A stretch of DNA of 51,445 nucleotides from Nemertoderma westbladi (taxonomy: Eukaryota > Animalia > Xenacoelomorpha). The DNA is taken from contig JAUCBJ010005152.1 in the NCBI GenBank assembly GCA_032718475.1, positions 1 to 51,445 on the forward strand. Direction: 5' to 3'. The stretch's first letter is position 1; each line of letters starts with the position of its first letter. The notes beneath the pieces were generated by a model. It did not search any database and was not told the origin of the DNA. It saw only the letters and a program-made list of their open reading frames with translations. A program made the position numbers and the translations under genes. This document shows, piece after piece, positions 33,891-45,245 of the stretch.

Positions 33891-34485
33891 CATGTGAGAG
33901 TTCACCCCAGGTCCCGGGATTCAGGGTCGATATGGTTTGTCGTAATTATACAATTTCTTAAAGTTACAGACTTTATTTTCATTTGCTAAAAGTATCAGCG
34001 ACAATACATACGGAAATACTACATAAATACAAAAACAAAACCTACACCAACCCACAACCTCGGACTCTACACTCTCGATACGGTACTGCCTATATCAAAC
34101 CCCGTGCACAGAGCTCCAAATAGATGTAAACCACAGCTGTTTTACCTGTTAAGTGAATACAGGCTGTTAGCGGTAAGCCTAACAATAGGCTGTTAAGTGA
34201 ATACAGGCTGTTAGCGGTAAGCCTAACAATAGAGTGACACATTTCCATCTGGGTCCACAATAGAGCTCTGCACAATATCCCAAATCAACTCAACCAATAT
34301 CCCCAGGATGAGGCAGCCTATGAGACGTACTATCACATCTCCCCCCTCCTTAAAAAGTATCGTCCTCGAGCTATCATACCCCCTATCCTGCAATTTGATT
34401 GTGAGATGCATATGAGGAGGCCATGAGGAGGTAAATTGCGGACATACAAGGTATCAGATAGTATTTTTAGGTCTATCTTTTACCT

Positions 34486-34556
34486 GGGCCGCTAGATGAA
34501 TGGTCAGAGCGTTAGACTTCAAACCCGGAGGTCACCAGTTCGATCCCACCTGGACC
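34486..34556 (+). mobile_element. tRNA-derived SINE head or tRNA pseudogene
   Basis: A-box-like TAGATGAATGG and B-box GTTCGATCC at tRNA spacing; stems pair poorly, so not called a functional tRNA. Confidence 0.55.
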
Positions 34557-35341
34557 TCATTGCCGACTTTGCAAAAGCTGTGCCCAACAAAAAGTTATAA
34601 TTATGTCAATGATTAAATATATCATTGAGATCCTGACACCTATGATTTTAAAACTTTGATTCACATATCCGCTGTTTATTGTTGGCTGAAAACGAAATGC
34701 AGAAATGGGCTTCAATAAATGAGATACATACCGGTACAATATATTAGCACATTTTCAGGTTCCATGCTTCTTCTTTAAACATTACCGGTACTCTGCCGTA
34801 CTGGGTCGACATATTTTCCTTTTCTATTTATTGTTATTATAATTATTAAACAAACGCAGGTTTGTATTTTTGAGTATGCATGTGTGATGCCCTGAAAGTT
34901 TCGTTTTAATATACCTATTTCTATACGTTTATTTGCTTTTACTTAGCCTATACATTTTTTCTTAATTTACATATTGCTTAATTATATTTAATTCAATTCT
35001 GACTCTTTTTATTAATAAAATAACGATCAAAGTATAAAAAGAAACAGCAAACAACAGAAGTAAAATCAATATCATATAAAGAGTGAGAAGACCATCCAGG
35101 CATAGCACTTATGGAGGCCGCGTTGTTTTTTTTACATAATAGCGTATTTTTTTACACAGTAATAACCAAAAACGAAACTGTTGCCACATGTAATTAATGT
35201 AAATCAACACTTTTAAAATTACAACGAAAAAAAAGCACCATAGTATATTAATTAATATTATAATATAAGATAAATCAATGTAGGAGGCCTCTGCAAAAAG
35301 ACTATCTTTATCTATCTTATTCTATATTAAAAAAATTTCAG

Positions 35342-35620
35342 CTACAGTAACTGTACTGACACACACTTGATATTATTTCTTACAAAAATTGCCACGCCAC
35401 TTCCACGCGTGGTTCTGTTATTGTGAAATACTGCAAAACTATTACTAGTAAAATTATTGCATGCACAAGAGAGCATTTGATCTGCCACAGTTTCATTCAA
35501 CCACGTCTCTGTCACCCCTATAATATCGCAATATGTATCGCACATATAATATTGATAAAATCTGTTAATTTATTCCATAATGAGCTGCTATTAAAAATAC
35601 AGCATTGTATTAACAATTGA
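35342..35620 (-). mobile_element. CR1-like LINE APE endonuclease fragment
   Basis: FNSSSLWNKL then, after a frameshift, DIIGVTETWLN...RTTRGSGVAIFVR. Confidence 0.8.
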
Positions 35621-38600
35621 TATTGAATATGTGAATTTGGCTTCTCCCGTCGAGTCAGATCGAGCCGAGCCGAGCCTAATCGAGCCAAACCGAGCCGATC
35701 AAGCCAAGTCGAACTAAATCGTGCCCAATCGTGCAAGACCGAGCCGAGCTCGTTGTCTCTTTTATTTGAAATAAAAAGTCGGTTCCTTATCGGGCCGCTA
35801 GGCCCGTCACTAGTAAAGCTACTATTCTGAAACTTTAACACAATTATCTGTGATCTTTTATATACTATGAACACGGAGTATAGATAGCTTCATAAACCGT
35901 TTGTTCGAAAAATATGGCACTTTTGAGCAGGTCGGTTTTTTTTTCAAAAATTGTATAAATTTTGAGGCATTTATATGTAAATTAGCTCACATTTAAGGAT
36001 CTGTAAAACCACCTGCATTGAAGTTCTTGGTCCAAGACATTGGTAAAATGGAGCTAGATATGTAGGCTATCTTCTATGAATATTTTAGCACAAAAGTATT
36101 GTTTTTTAAATATTTATGGGGGTTTTAGTATTTCCGGGCTATATTTTGGGATTGAAATATTTTGTAATAGACAGAGTATAGAGTTACAAAACCGGGTCTA
36201 GAAGATCCAAACGGCCATGTTTTACAAAACCAACGATAGAGGTTGTAGTCCTAAAGCTGCTGAACATTTTGGTATATGTTTGATGGCAATTGAGTAAAAA
36301 ATAAATAGTAGCAGGGAATTTAGTGATGAAAAAAGTCAAAATCGACAAACTGATAAAAAGGTTGTTTTATACAGAGAGTCATAAATATCAGCAATATAAA
36401 TATGTTGTTGAAAAGAGCAGTTTTGAGGTAAAAAGTGTGGGCTTAGTGCAAAGATATAATATTTCTGATCTAAATTTGGACTTGCTGAGAAAGTAATGTA
36501 CTCCGATAGGATAACAGTCTTGGAAATAAGCACTTTTTGTCACAAATTTTATTTTACCCAAATTCAATTATGCTGTCCGAGAGTTTTAGGTTTTGCAGGA
36601 ATTGCACATAAAATGCCATCGAATGCAAAATTCAATAAACGAGGGCAGAACATCTGAATTTCGGTTAAATTAAATTAGTGACAAGAAGTTATTTCTGACA
36701 CGTTTTTTTTTATAAACAACTATTTTATCTACAACTAATTTATCCTCTTTTTTTTATCTATTAGGGCCTATATTTATAAAACTCGTTTCCAGTAAAAAAA
36801 ATTAGTTTCGCACTACCATATCTCCTCGCCATACATTTACTATGTACAGTATTTCCAGTATGTCACCACGTCATTATTTGGTTGTTCTAGAAAGTTTAAG
36901 AGCCTAACTACAAATAATTTTCCACAAATAAATAAATTTAAATTCTCCATTCTGCCAAGTTCATAATTAGCACTTTAAAGTTTTACTGCCCATGTTTTAT
37001 TATTTCCCTGCCATCAGGTCTCGAACTAATAACACAGCACCCTGTCGGTCGACTGGATAGAATTTTGCACTTTCTATCACAAATTTAGGGATAGAAAGTA
37101 GTCGAAAGATGCACTTTCTTGCTCTGTTTTCTACAAATTTTAGTGAGAAAAAATGTGGACTTTTCAGATAAAATTATTTTTTTCACATGAATGACACACT
37201 GGCTGAGAAAAAATGGCCCGAATTTTCGGCTGGCCCTAAGGCACGTGCCTTATATGCCTTAAGGTTAATCCGGCACTGCAGTTAAGATATTAAAGGAGTC
37301 GCGCAGGGTGATGTGGTGAGGTTGCAGTGGTTGCCAGAAGCAATGGGAGACTCAGGCTGGTTACCCGTAGCAACCCGATTCAATGGAATGGCAGCACCGG
37401 AACTTCCAGTCTGTTTTCGATACGATTTAAGTCGAGACGATTCAAGTATAGAACCGCGGTTTATTACCCAATGTATATCCAGGTAGGCTGCTTGGAATCG
37501 CCGACGCTCTACACGTAACTGTAACCGGTTTTCTTCTGGCTTATAGTCTGTGGATATATATAGTTTGTTATCGTACAGCCTGGCCGCGTGCTCTTCGTAG
37601 CAAGGCTGCACGTTTTTCCAGCGGTAGAGAAACTATAAGTGGTTTGGTTGGATTTCACTGAGGACCTTTCGTAGATATGTCTTCCTGAGACTCTTGGATG
37701 TCTAGAGAAGCAACAATGTCTATTATAAGTTGTTTATCGTCTTTGATAGGGAATTAACCTTTTATTATGATATTGGATTTGTGTTTGTTGTGCTCTGCCT
37801 CTTCTTGTTTTGTGAGATGAAGCGGTAGACATTTTTATCTTCTTGTTTAATCTGTTTCGTTAGTGGCGTAAGATTGGCAGTATTTTTCGAAGCTTTGACT
37901 TTGGAAGAGTAGGATACTTTGGTCTATTCGCCACCATTATCCACTGCTGCGTCTAACGTTTCATTACGCGCATAGTCTTTAACATTTGTAATGTTTATTT
38001 CGAGTTCTTGCAATTTCTTTTCAGTTTTTTTATTATTTATTATCGATTGCATCCAATTGTTGCTGGAGTTCAAGAATTTTATCATCAAATCTTGTTTCAC
38101 TCTCATCGAAGACATTTAGACATTTGCCAATATACCGGCCACAGTAGAAATTGACGTGGCCAAAATCAGTTCCTCTTGAGGCAATAGAAATCATTGCAAC
38201 ATAACAACTAGTGCCGGAACAACCAACCTTTGATTTCCATTTGTCCGTCGTCCCTCGACACTGTTTGATGAGGGGCGACGGTCCTGGGATTTGTTGCGTA
38301 TTCCTGCTGGCCCCACCGTGGATACATTATTTGAATGACCCATGCCGCCTGTAAGCGTTTGGTGAAGGGAGGTACCAATAGAAACTCCGCCTCCGGACAG
38401 ATTTACTTGTCCACTCGAACTTGAACGCGACATTGGTTGTTTGTAGTCAATAATATTTGCAGTCTTTGAACTATAAACTCTGTTACAATGTAGATTATAA
38501 TCTTATAAATAATTATAATTGTAAACCTTATCGTAGTGGTTTTATAAAGTAGTGTACACGTTCGTGGGGCCTTCGCGCAGCACGAGGTCCAGTTATGAGA

Positions 38601-39538
38601 TACAAATTAAAATTAAGCGACTGTATCACAAAATCAGGTTTTGAGAAATTTACCCACACCACCAATCAATCAAAGAAAGGGGGACAGTACGTGTTCACCC
38701 CTTTTACTTCCCCCCCCCCCCCCCCCCCCACCCTTCTCAACCACCAATACATAACCGTGACATCTACCACCCACGGAAGGGTAGAACGAACTTATTTCCA
38801 ATCGCACGTTAAATATGCAAAGCCAGGTGGTGTATATGAATATAATCAACGCCGTACTCGTCTTAATTATTATAAGCGTCGTTCAATCGTTGCGCTCGTC
38901 CAGAGTAAGTCCCCCCCCCCCCCCCCCCCCCCCCCCCTATCAGAAAGATTTACTCAACAAAAAATAGTGTAAATAAATAAACAACTACAAGGATAAGAGG
39001 TCATGTGTAGGAAAGCTAATCAGACGATACCTTTACTAATATATTGAGCTGCATTGATCTATACATAGTAATGTTGGGTGATGGGGGGGGGGGGGGGGGG
39101 GAGGGGTAGGGGGTGTCTGGGTGGGTTGTTAGTATTAGGGTGCACAATATCGACGCACGCGCAGGAATGTGTTGATGTTTAATAGCACCGCATTCCCGCG
39201 TTAGAAAGCATCCCCAATTGGAATAAATAAATAAATTAAACGCGTTTCGTTATGTTCCTCGACTTATATTATTCTCTCCACGGACGAGTTATTAGCTGCT
39301 AGACAGGTAGACCTAGTCCCCCACAACAACGGTCATACCTTCAATCAATCAATCAATTGAGCTCATATGAGCTCGTATATTAGTTTTATTTATAAATTGA
39401 AATCTCACGAATTAAAAGGCCTATTAGCTGATTAGTGAACTATCATATGTTAGACCATATATATATATTATATATTGGACCTTATCAAAATAGCGGTTGT
39501 ACTGGGGCGGTATATGTTGTTCTCTAACCCACTGCAAG

Positions 39539-39833
39539 CGCATTTGAGGGGCCGGTATGTTTTAATAACTTCTGGTACAACGGGATGCAGTATTACAGCG
39601 CCAAGTAGATTTAATCTGATCAGAATATTCCGGACGCTAAGTTCATGTCATTCCCGATAAGTCGGGACTTTACAAAACTCGTGGATAAAACCGCGTGTAG
39701 CAGAGAGCAGATAAATTGGGTTGAATTGCAAAACAGAATAATATGGAACTGTAAGTGGAACTGCGGCGATTTGGGTTTTTTTGTTATGGTGAATAGTCAG
39801 CCTGTCCGCGATATGTTCAGCTGCCCTTTTTAA
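39539..39833 (+). pseudogene. Possible decayed terminal exon (Cys/Trp-containing, unknown family)
   Basis: After a pyrimidine-rich stretch ending AG, one frame reads AFEGPVCFNNFWYNGMQYYSAK*I*SDQ...WNCKWNCGDLG...FSCPF*; two internal stops; no family recognised. Confidence 0.3.
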
Positions 39834-40774
39834 TGGGTTGCAGGTACAAATGAAATACACATTGCAGTTACTAAAATAAAAGTGGCGCATATTATTGTAC
39901 ATTTACAACAACAATTATATAAATGCAATATGCCTGATCCCTATTAATGTACTTTGTACCGCCAATTCTGTAATTCAATAACGCAAAGCCGCATTTACTG
40001 TACAGCAGCACGTAATATATTTGATACTTATTATACTAACTAAACTAACAAACCGCAAGGCCTACTTACCGAAATAAATTAACTTTCAGTTAAATACAAT
40101 ATACTTGTTTGCTCTGTAAAAATTTTAATTAAAAACAATCCTGCCATTTAATATACCTAATTAGCATGGTTGCGTAAGCAGTATGAATTGGAATGAAATT
40201 GTGAAATAATTTATTTAAACTATTATGTACATTTAGATTAAATAATAATACAGTAAGTTGGCCTACAGAAATAAACATTGATATTCGGAACAGTAAAACA
40301 ATTATTTATTTCATTCATTCAACTAACCAGAGAGACTCATAGCTCCAGTGAATATTAACATCCCGACGTTACTTTAGTAATAATATTAATGTCATTGAAC
40401 CCGATACACACACACCTCCAATCAGCCAGTTCAATGGAGAGTGAGTGAATGGATGGCTACTAGCAGCAGCAGCAGTCTGCCTCTTACAAGCAAGGCTGAC
40501 TGAATACCTCAAGTGTTGCTGGGAATCAAGCCAACTTGGATGTTAACCAATAAATGAGCAGTATTTAATGAGAATACATTTTTTATGCCGGTTTAATTAC
40601 TTTAGATCAATTAAAGACACGATTATTAAAGCAAATCACTTGAACTAATTAAAAACTATAATAGAATGGAGTATGCGGATTACATCTGTATATTTTTTAA
40701 GTATAATTATTGAAGTCTTATACTGTAAAACAATTAATTTCCTTTAAAAGGCAGGTTGAAAATGGTGTTTTTAC

Positions 40775-41033
40775 CGTAATCAACTTAATTAACTAATTAA
40801 CTGCTATTATCTTAGCTTCTCGAAGGCCACACGGAAATTCTACTTGGAAAATTTCTAAACTTTTGCCATACAACATGTGTACCAAGTTTGGATAGATTTC
40901 ATCAAAGATTGGCCGAGTTATTAACGTTTAAAATTGAACACGACAGAACGACAGAACGACAGAACGACAGAACGACAGGTTGATTAATGGTACCACTACG
41001 CTAAGGCTCACTCACTTCGTGGCTCGCCCCACA
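40775..41033 (-). mobile_element. Short HINE/DINE-1-like element with (ACGACAGA)n
   Basis: Terminus CTAAGGCTC..CTTCGTGGCTCGCCCCACA, octamer repeats at 40940-40978, ACCAAGTTT..CCGAGTTATTA core shared with the copy ending at 50378. Confidence 0.65.
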
Positions 41034-42453
41034 ATCTCTAAGGCCTGAAAGTTATTTGTTAATTGTTATTTTTTAAACAGCTTCATAATGTAACTCCTCC
41101 AGTAAAGGTCACTAGAGGGATATCTTTCGTCAGGTGGGTGAGATAATCGAAAAACCCTTTACGATTCTTAGGTGATTCCCTAGTAGAATGCCTACCTCCC
41201 TTCCCACTTGACTTCCGGTTTCGCTCAGGGAACCTGGTGTCTCCGGTTAACCAGTGGCCGGTCGAGGATATGCGGTAGACCCCGAATCAGTGTAGCAAAT
41301 AAGAGGGATCAGTTTGACTTATAATATAATTGGCATTTTACTAGTTAATAGCTAATATCTCTCACCAATAATAGCTATTGCATAATGCACGTAAGGTGCG
41401 AATGAACGTAATACCAATAACACAATAATAATCTATAATAAATTAATATCCCCCAAATTGAACCTCACATTTTTGTGTCTCTGAACCCTAAGATTTGGTG
41501 AAAATCTTTTTTTGTGCTACTAAACATCGTCTGGACTGTATAAGAATAACCAAACCTAATATTTTCAACAAACAAACATTCTTCTGAACAAATTTTGCCT
41601 CAAATGCTCTGGAGCCTTTTTAGATCAAAAAGGCACCAAAAATGGTTTTTTTTTGGGCCTTTTTGATATAAAAAGGCCCCAGGGCATTTCCACCCAAATT
41701 TGTTCCGAAGAAATATGGAGAAAGGTATTCTTAACAAGTGTACAAAATTTCAACTCATTTCAGATAAAATTGGCAGAGAAATAGCCCTTTTCATGAAAAA
41801 CCGTCATATAGATGTCTTTTATATAAATACATAATAAACAGTAACCCCATAGATGGAAACTACATAAAATTTCAAACTGAAATTGTTTATTACATTATTT
41901 TATAGTTGTTCAATGTAAACCCTGTAAGCGATAACCAAGTATTAAATAAAAATACGTGACTATTTATTCAAATCTACTAAATATTCAAATTCTACATATT
42001 GTTATTGTTGGAGTAGGGCCTGTATTTATTCACCTAGAATCTTATAAGTCTATAAGTTATGAATAATTTAACTTTTAATCCGAATAATTTAACTTTTTTT
42101 CTTTACTAAAGTTCCAGAAGGAATATTAAATGTTTCTGCAGCGTCATATAAACAGATAACTAGTAAAACAACGTTTTAGCAATTTACCGTGAGAGCCTTT
42201 TTATGAAAAGGGCCCCGTACAATTGTAAATTATAGTGCTGTTCTAAGGCTTTTCAAAAATCAGACTAGCTCTTAAGTTTTGGGTAATGACTTGAATTTGA
42301 GAAAACTGCTTGCAGATTTGAAATCTACATTAAATTCGGTACTTGATAGAATAAAAAAAGTTTTTTGTCAATTTCCAATATAGGGGGGTGCTACCCCCTC
42401 CCCCCCTTATGTTGTTCGAGTATGAAATATATAACGAAAACTTATAATTTTAG

Positions 42454-42567
42454 AATGCGCGGATTCCAATGATGGATGCCCCGGTTGGGCGGCAGCAGGT
42501 GAATGTGGATCCAATGCGGTCTGGATGCTCCCCAACTGCCAACTCTCCTGTAACCAGTGCAACCCAG
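42454..42567 (+). CDS. ShK (ShKT) domain exon, phase 1-1
   Basis: After TTTTAG: (E)CADSNDGCPGWAAAGECGSNAVWMLPNCQLSCNQCNP, six Cys with the C.D...C..WA..GEC..N..WM...C..SC..C ShK pattern; the phase-1 donor reads GC (CAG|GCTGGT). Confidence 0.88.
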
Positions 42568-42580
42568 GCTGGTTTCGTGT

Positions 42581-42790
42581 GAAGTTAGGACAATTCGTAC
42601 GCGGAAAATTCGTACCGGACAATTCGTACCCGGAAAAATCGTACCCGAAATTTTTTTATGATGAGTACGAATTGTCCGGTACGAATTGTCCGGGTAGGAA
42701 TTGTCCGGGTACGAATTGTCCGGGTAGGAATTGTCCGGGTAGGAATTGTCCGGGTGTAGGAATTGTCCGGGTACGAATTGTCCAGAAACC
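42581..42790. mobile_element. Small Mutator/foldback-like MITE with GGACAATTCGTACCC arrays
   Basis: Inverted 15-bp unit arrays; ends GAAGTTAGGACAATTCG / CGAATTGTCCAGAAACC; imperfect 9-bp flanks GTTTCGTGT vs GCCCCGTGT. Confidence 0.7.
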
Positions 42791-43133
42791 GCCCCGTGTG
42801 TATCGTAGCAGCTTTATTTACTTTTATCAAAGTCCTGGCACGTGAGTAAAGTCTCTATTATTCGTGGTATTTTCTCCCGACTCTACTTCCATCATTAAAA
42901 CAACCTATACTCTATTGTAAAGTAAAGCAGCAGAATAAAATTATGAGAGCGCGTGCCTCTTTATGTAAAGGTCCGAAATGGGCGCATTTGGGGTGATAAC
43001 CCAATAATGTTAAAGTCAACGTTACAGTAGATTGCGCTTTTTGTTGATGACGCACTATTGGACCAATCGAGGCATTGATTGTTTGGTGTTTTTTCTTTTT
43101 CCTATTTATATCGATAAGTCATTAAATTATTAT

Positions 43134-44255
43134 GGAAGCAGGACAATTCGGTCCGGACAATTCGGTCCCGGACAATTCGGTCCCGGACAATTCGGTCCCA
43201 TTAATTTGGCGTTTTGGGACCGAATTGTCCGGGACCGAATTGTCCGGATACTGACTAGGACAATTCGGTCCCAAAACATGCATATTACTGGGACCGAATT
43301 GTCCGGGACCGAATTGTCCGGGACCGAATTGTCCGGGACCGAATTGTCCAGACCGAATTGTCCGGGACCAAATTTAATTGGTACTATATAATGGTGAATG
43401 TTCTAGAACCTTAATATATATTATTATATGGTAGCTAGTGTTTTTTTTACTAGCTAGTATTTTTTTAAAAATAAGAAAAATTTACTTTTTTTTGGTAACA
43501 TTATTAGTTATGGTAGCTATGGTGTTTTATTGAGCTTGTGAATTATTTACTAGCTAGTCTAGTAATAGTATGTATTTAAAATGTTTAAAACTGATTTTTT
43601 TTTATATATTGCGTAAGTATACTGTATGTGTTGTTGGTTGGTTAACAAGCCTAAATTATTATCTTAGATAATAGCTGGATCTCATTCAGGGACTGTTATA
43701 ATATCTTCAATATTGTTGGTAATTAATATAATCAGCAACAGTTTAGGCCTAATTCTGAAATATCAATGTTTTCACAAGTGTTTTATAATTTCAAGGAAAT
43801 GCTAGCTAGTAAAAAAAAACACTAGCTACACCTTAATAAATAATATATAATAATGTTCTCGAACACTTACCAATAACAAAAATAAAAAAAATACAGTATT
43901 TTTAAAATTTCAAAAAATTCTAGCAAGTAAATAACACTAGCTACCATAACAAATATCTCTACTAATGTTCTATAACATTCACCAATATCAAAAAAGCACT
44001 AAAAAGTTGCTATCAGGAACCGGACAATTCGGTCCCGGACAATTCGGTCCCGGACAATTCGGTCCCGGACAATTCGGTCCTAGGACAATTCGGTCCTAAG
44101 ACAATTCCGTCCCGGACAATTCGGTCCCGGACAATTCGGTCCCATTTATTTAGTGTTTTGGGACCGAATTGTCCGGGACCGAATTGTCCGGGACCGAATT
44201 GTCCGGACCGAATTGTCCGGGACCGAATTGTCCGGGACCGAATTGTACTACATCC
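43134..44255. mobile_element. Non-autonomous Mutator/foldback-like element with GGACAATTCGGTCCC arrays
   Basis: Perfect 9-bp TSD AATTATTAT (43125-43133, 44256-44264); 15-bp unit arrays in both orientations at each end; the AT-rich interior is also partly inverted (TGTTCTAGAAC..GTAGCTAGTG vs CACTAGCTAC..GTTCT..AACA). Confidence 0.9.
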
Positions 44256-44325
44256 AATTATTATTAATAATAATAATTAGAAAACAATCTGATAATCAAA
44301 TGAATTTATTGTTATTATTTACTAG

Positions 44326-44699
44326 TCTCTGATCGCATTGCCGCCAACGAAAAAATGTACAGTGGTGATTATCGCGTCTCTCCCAACGGTGAATTCAAGT
44401 TGACATACCAAGACGACGGTAATCTCGTTCTCAGATGCGGAAGTACAGCTCTCTGCTCTGGTCAACTAACACCGCAAACACTGATTCTTTCGTTCATTTG
44501 GAGGGAGACGACTGCAACTTCGCAATTCGGCCAAATGGTATTGCGATATTTCCTGTTTGGGCAACTAATGCTTTTCGTCTTTTTGGCTCATGCCAGAATC
44601 CGAGAGCGGTTGTGCAAGTCGATGGCAATTTCGTTGTCTATAATGAAGACACAGACGTAGTTTGGGCAAGCAACACTGTCGATCGTGCATCCAATCTAT
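44326..44699 (+). pseudogene. Bulb-type (GNA-related, B-lectin) mannose-binding lectin exon, frameshifted
   Basis: Acceptor ACTAG, donor T|GTAAGT; SPNGEFKLTYQDDGNLVL, LWSTNT, VWATN, VVQVDGNFVVY, VVWASNT (QxDxNxVxY sites). Removing one copy of CTCTG CTCTG (44451-44460) restores a single frame. Confidence 0.88.
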
Positions 44700-44817
44700 G
44701 TAAGTTACTACCGTTACACATTATTACAGGAACACAACGTAACTAGGTAGTCTCTAGTTTTACTTATACATTATGTAAATACAATAACATCAACAAACAA
44801 TGTATATGTATAGGTAT

Positions 44818-45060
44818 TGTAGGGCGAGCCACGAAGTAATGAGAACCTTAGCGTAGGGGTACCATTAATCAACTTGTAGATCTGTATATCCGAATATTTT
44901 AACGTCAATAACTCAACCAATCCTTCTTGGTGTAATCTAACCTAACTCGGTACACATGTACTTTAGCGAAAGTTTAGAAATTTTACAAATATAATTTACA
45001 TGTGGCCTTCAAAAAGCTAAGATAAAAGCAGTTAATTAGTTAATTATGTTAATTTCAGTA
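44818..45060 (+). mobile_element. Short HINE/DINE-1-like element, inverted relative to 40775-41033
   Basis: TGTAGGGCGAGCCACGAAG..CCTTAGCGTAG.GGTACCATTAATCAAC through AGCTAAGATAA.AGCAGTTAATTAGTTAATTA is a diverged reverse complement of 40783-41033. Confidence 0.7.
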
Positions 45061-45245
45061 ATTATGTAGTGATCATTCCATTCTGTCCAGTCCACCTCAC
45101 CACTCGAGCAATGGTGTTATTGCCTTAAACAAAATCGCCTCCGCTTTGCAGGACATTGCTTTCGCCGTGAGGACCAGCCAGTGCATAATCTTGTACTTTG
45201 GCAGCCTCATGGAGTGAATAAGCATGGTAGACAGCCCATGACTTT

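Larger units (their letters stand above)
31867..34413 (-). mobile_element. Ty3/gypsy-type gag-only LTR element (no pol), with a second PPT segment outside the 5' LTR
   Basis: 445-bp TG...CA LTRs at 31867-32311 and 33893-34337 (2 differences seen); tRNA-Pro PBS; PPT AAGGAGGGGGGAGA; the duplicated unit continues 76 bp beyond each LTR (32312-32387, 34338-34413); no clear TSD. Confidence 0.9.

Noticed and set aside
34486-34556. Functional tRNA gene
   Set aside because: A and B boxes are present but acceptor and T stems pair poorly; treated as SINE head or pseudogene.
37282-38433. Minus-strand ORFs as a host gene
   Set aside because: Fragmented and only vaguely like LINE ORF1 remnants; no motif strong enough to call.
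41320-41396. Alternative signal-peptide exon for the ShK-lectin gene
   Set aside because: Hydrophobic-looking codons and a GTAAGG donor are present, but there is no suitable ATG and stops or frameshifts are needed to read it.
42525-43391. Repetitive ORFs (NCPGR, GQFGP, GTELS)
   Set aside because: Translations of 15-bp MITE subterminal repeats.
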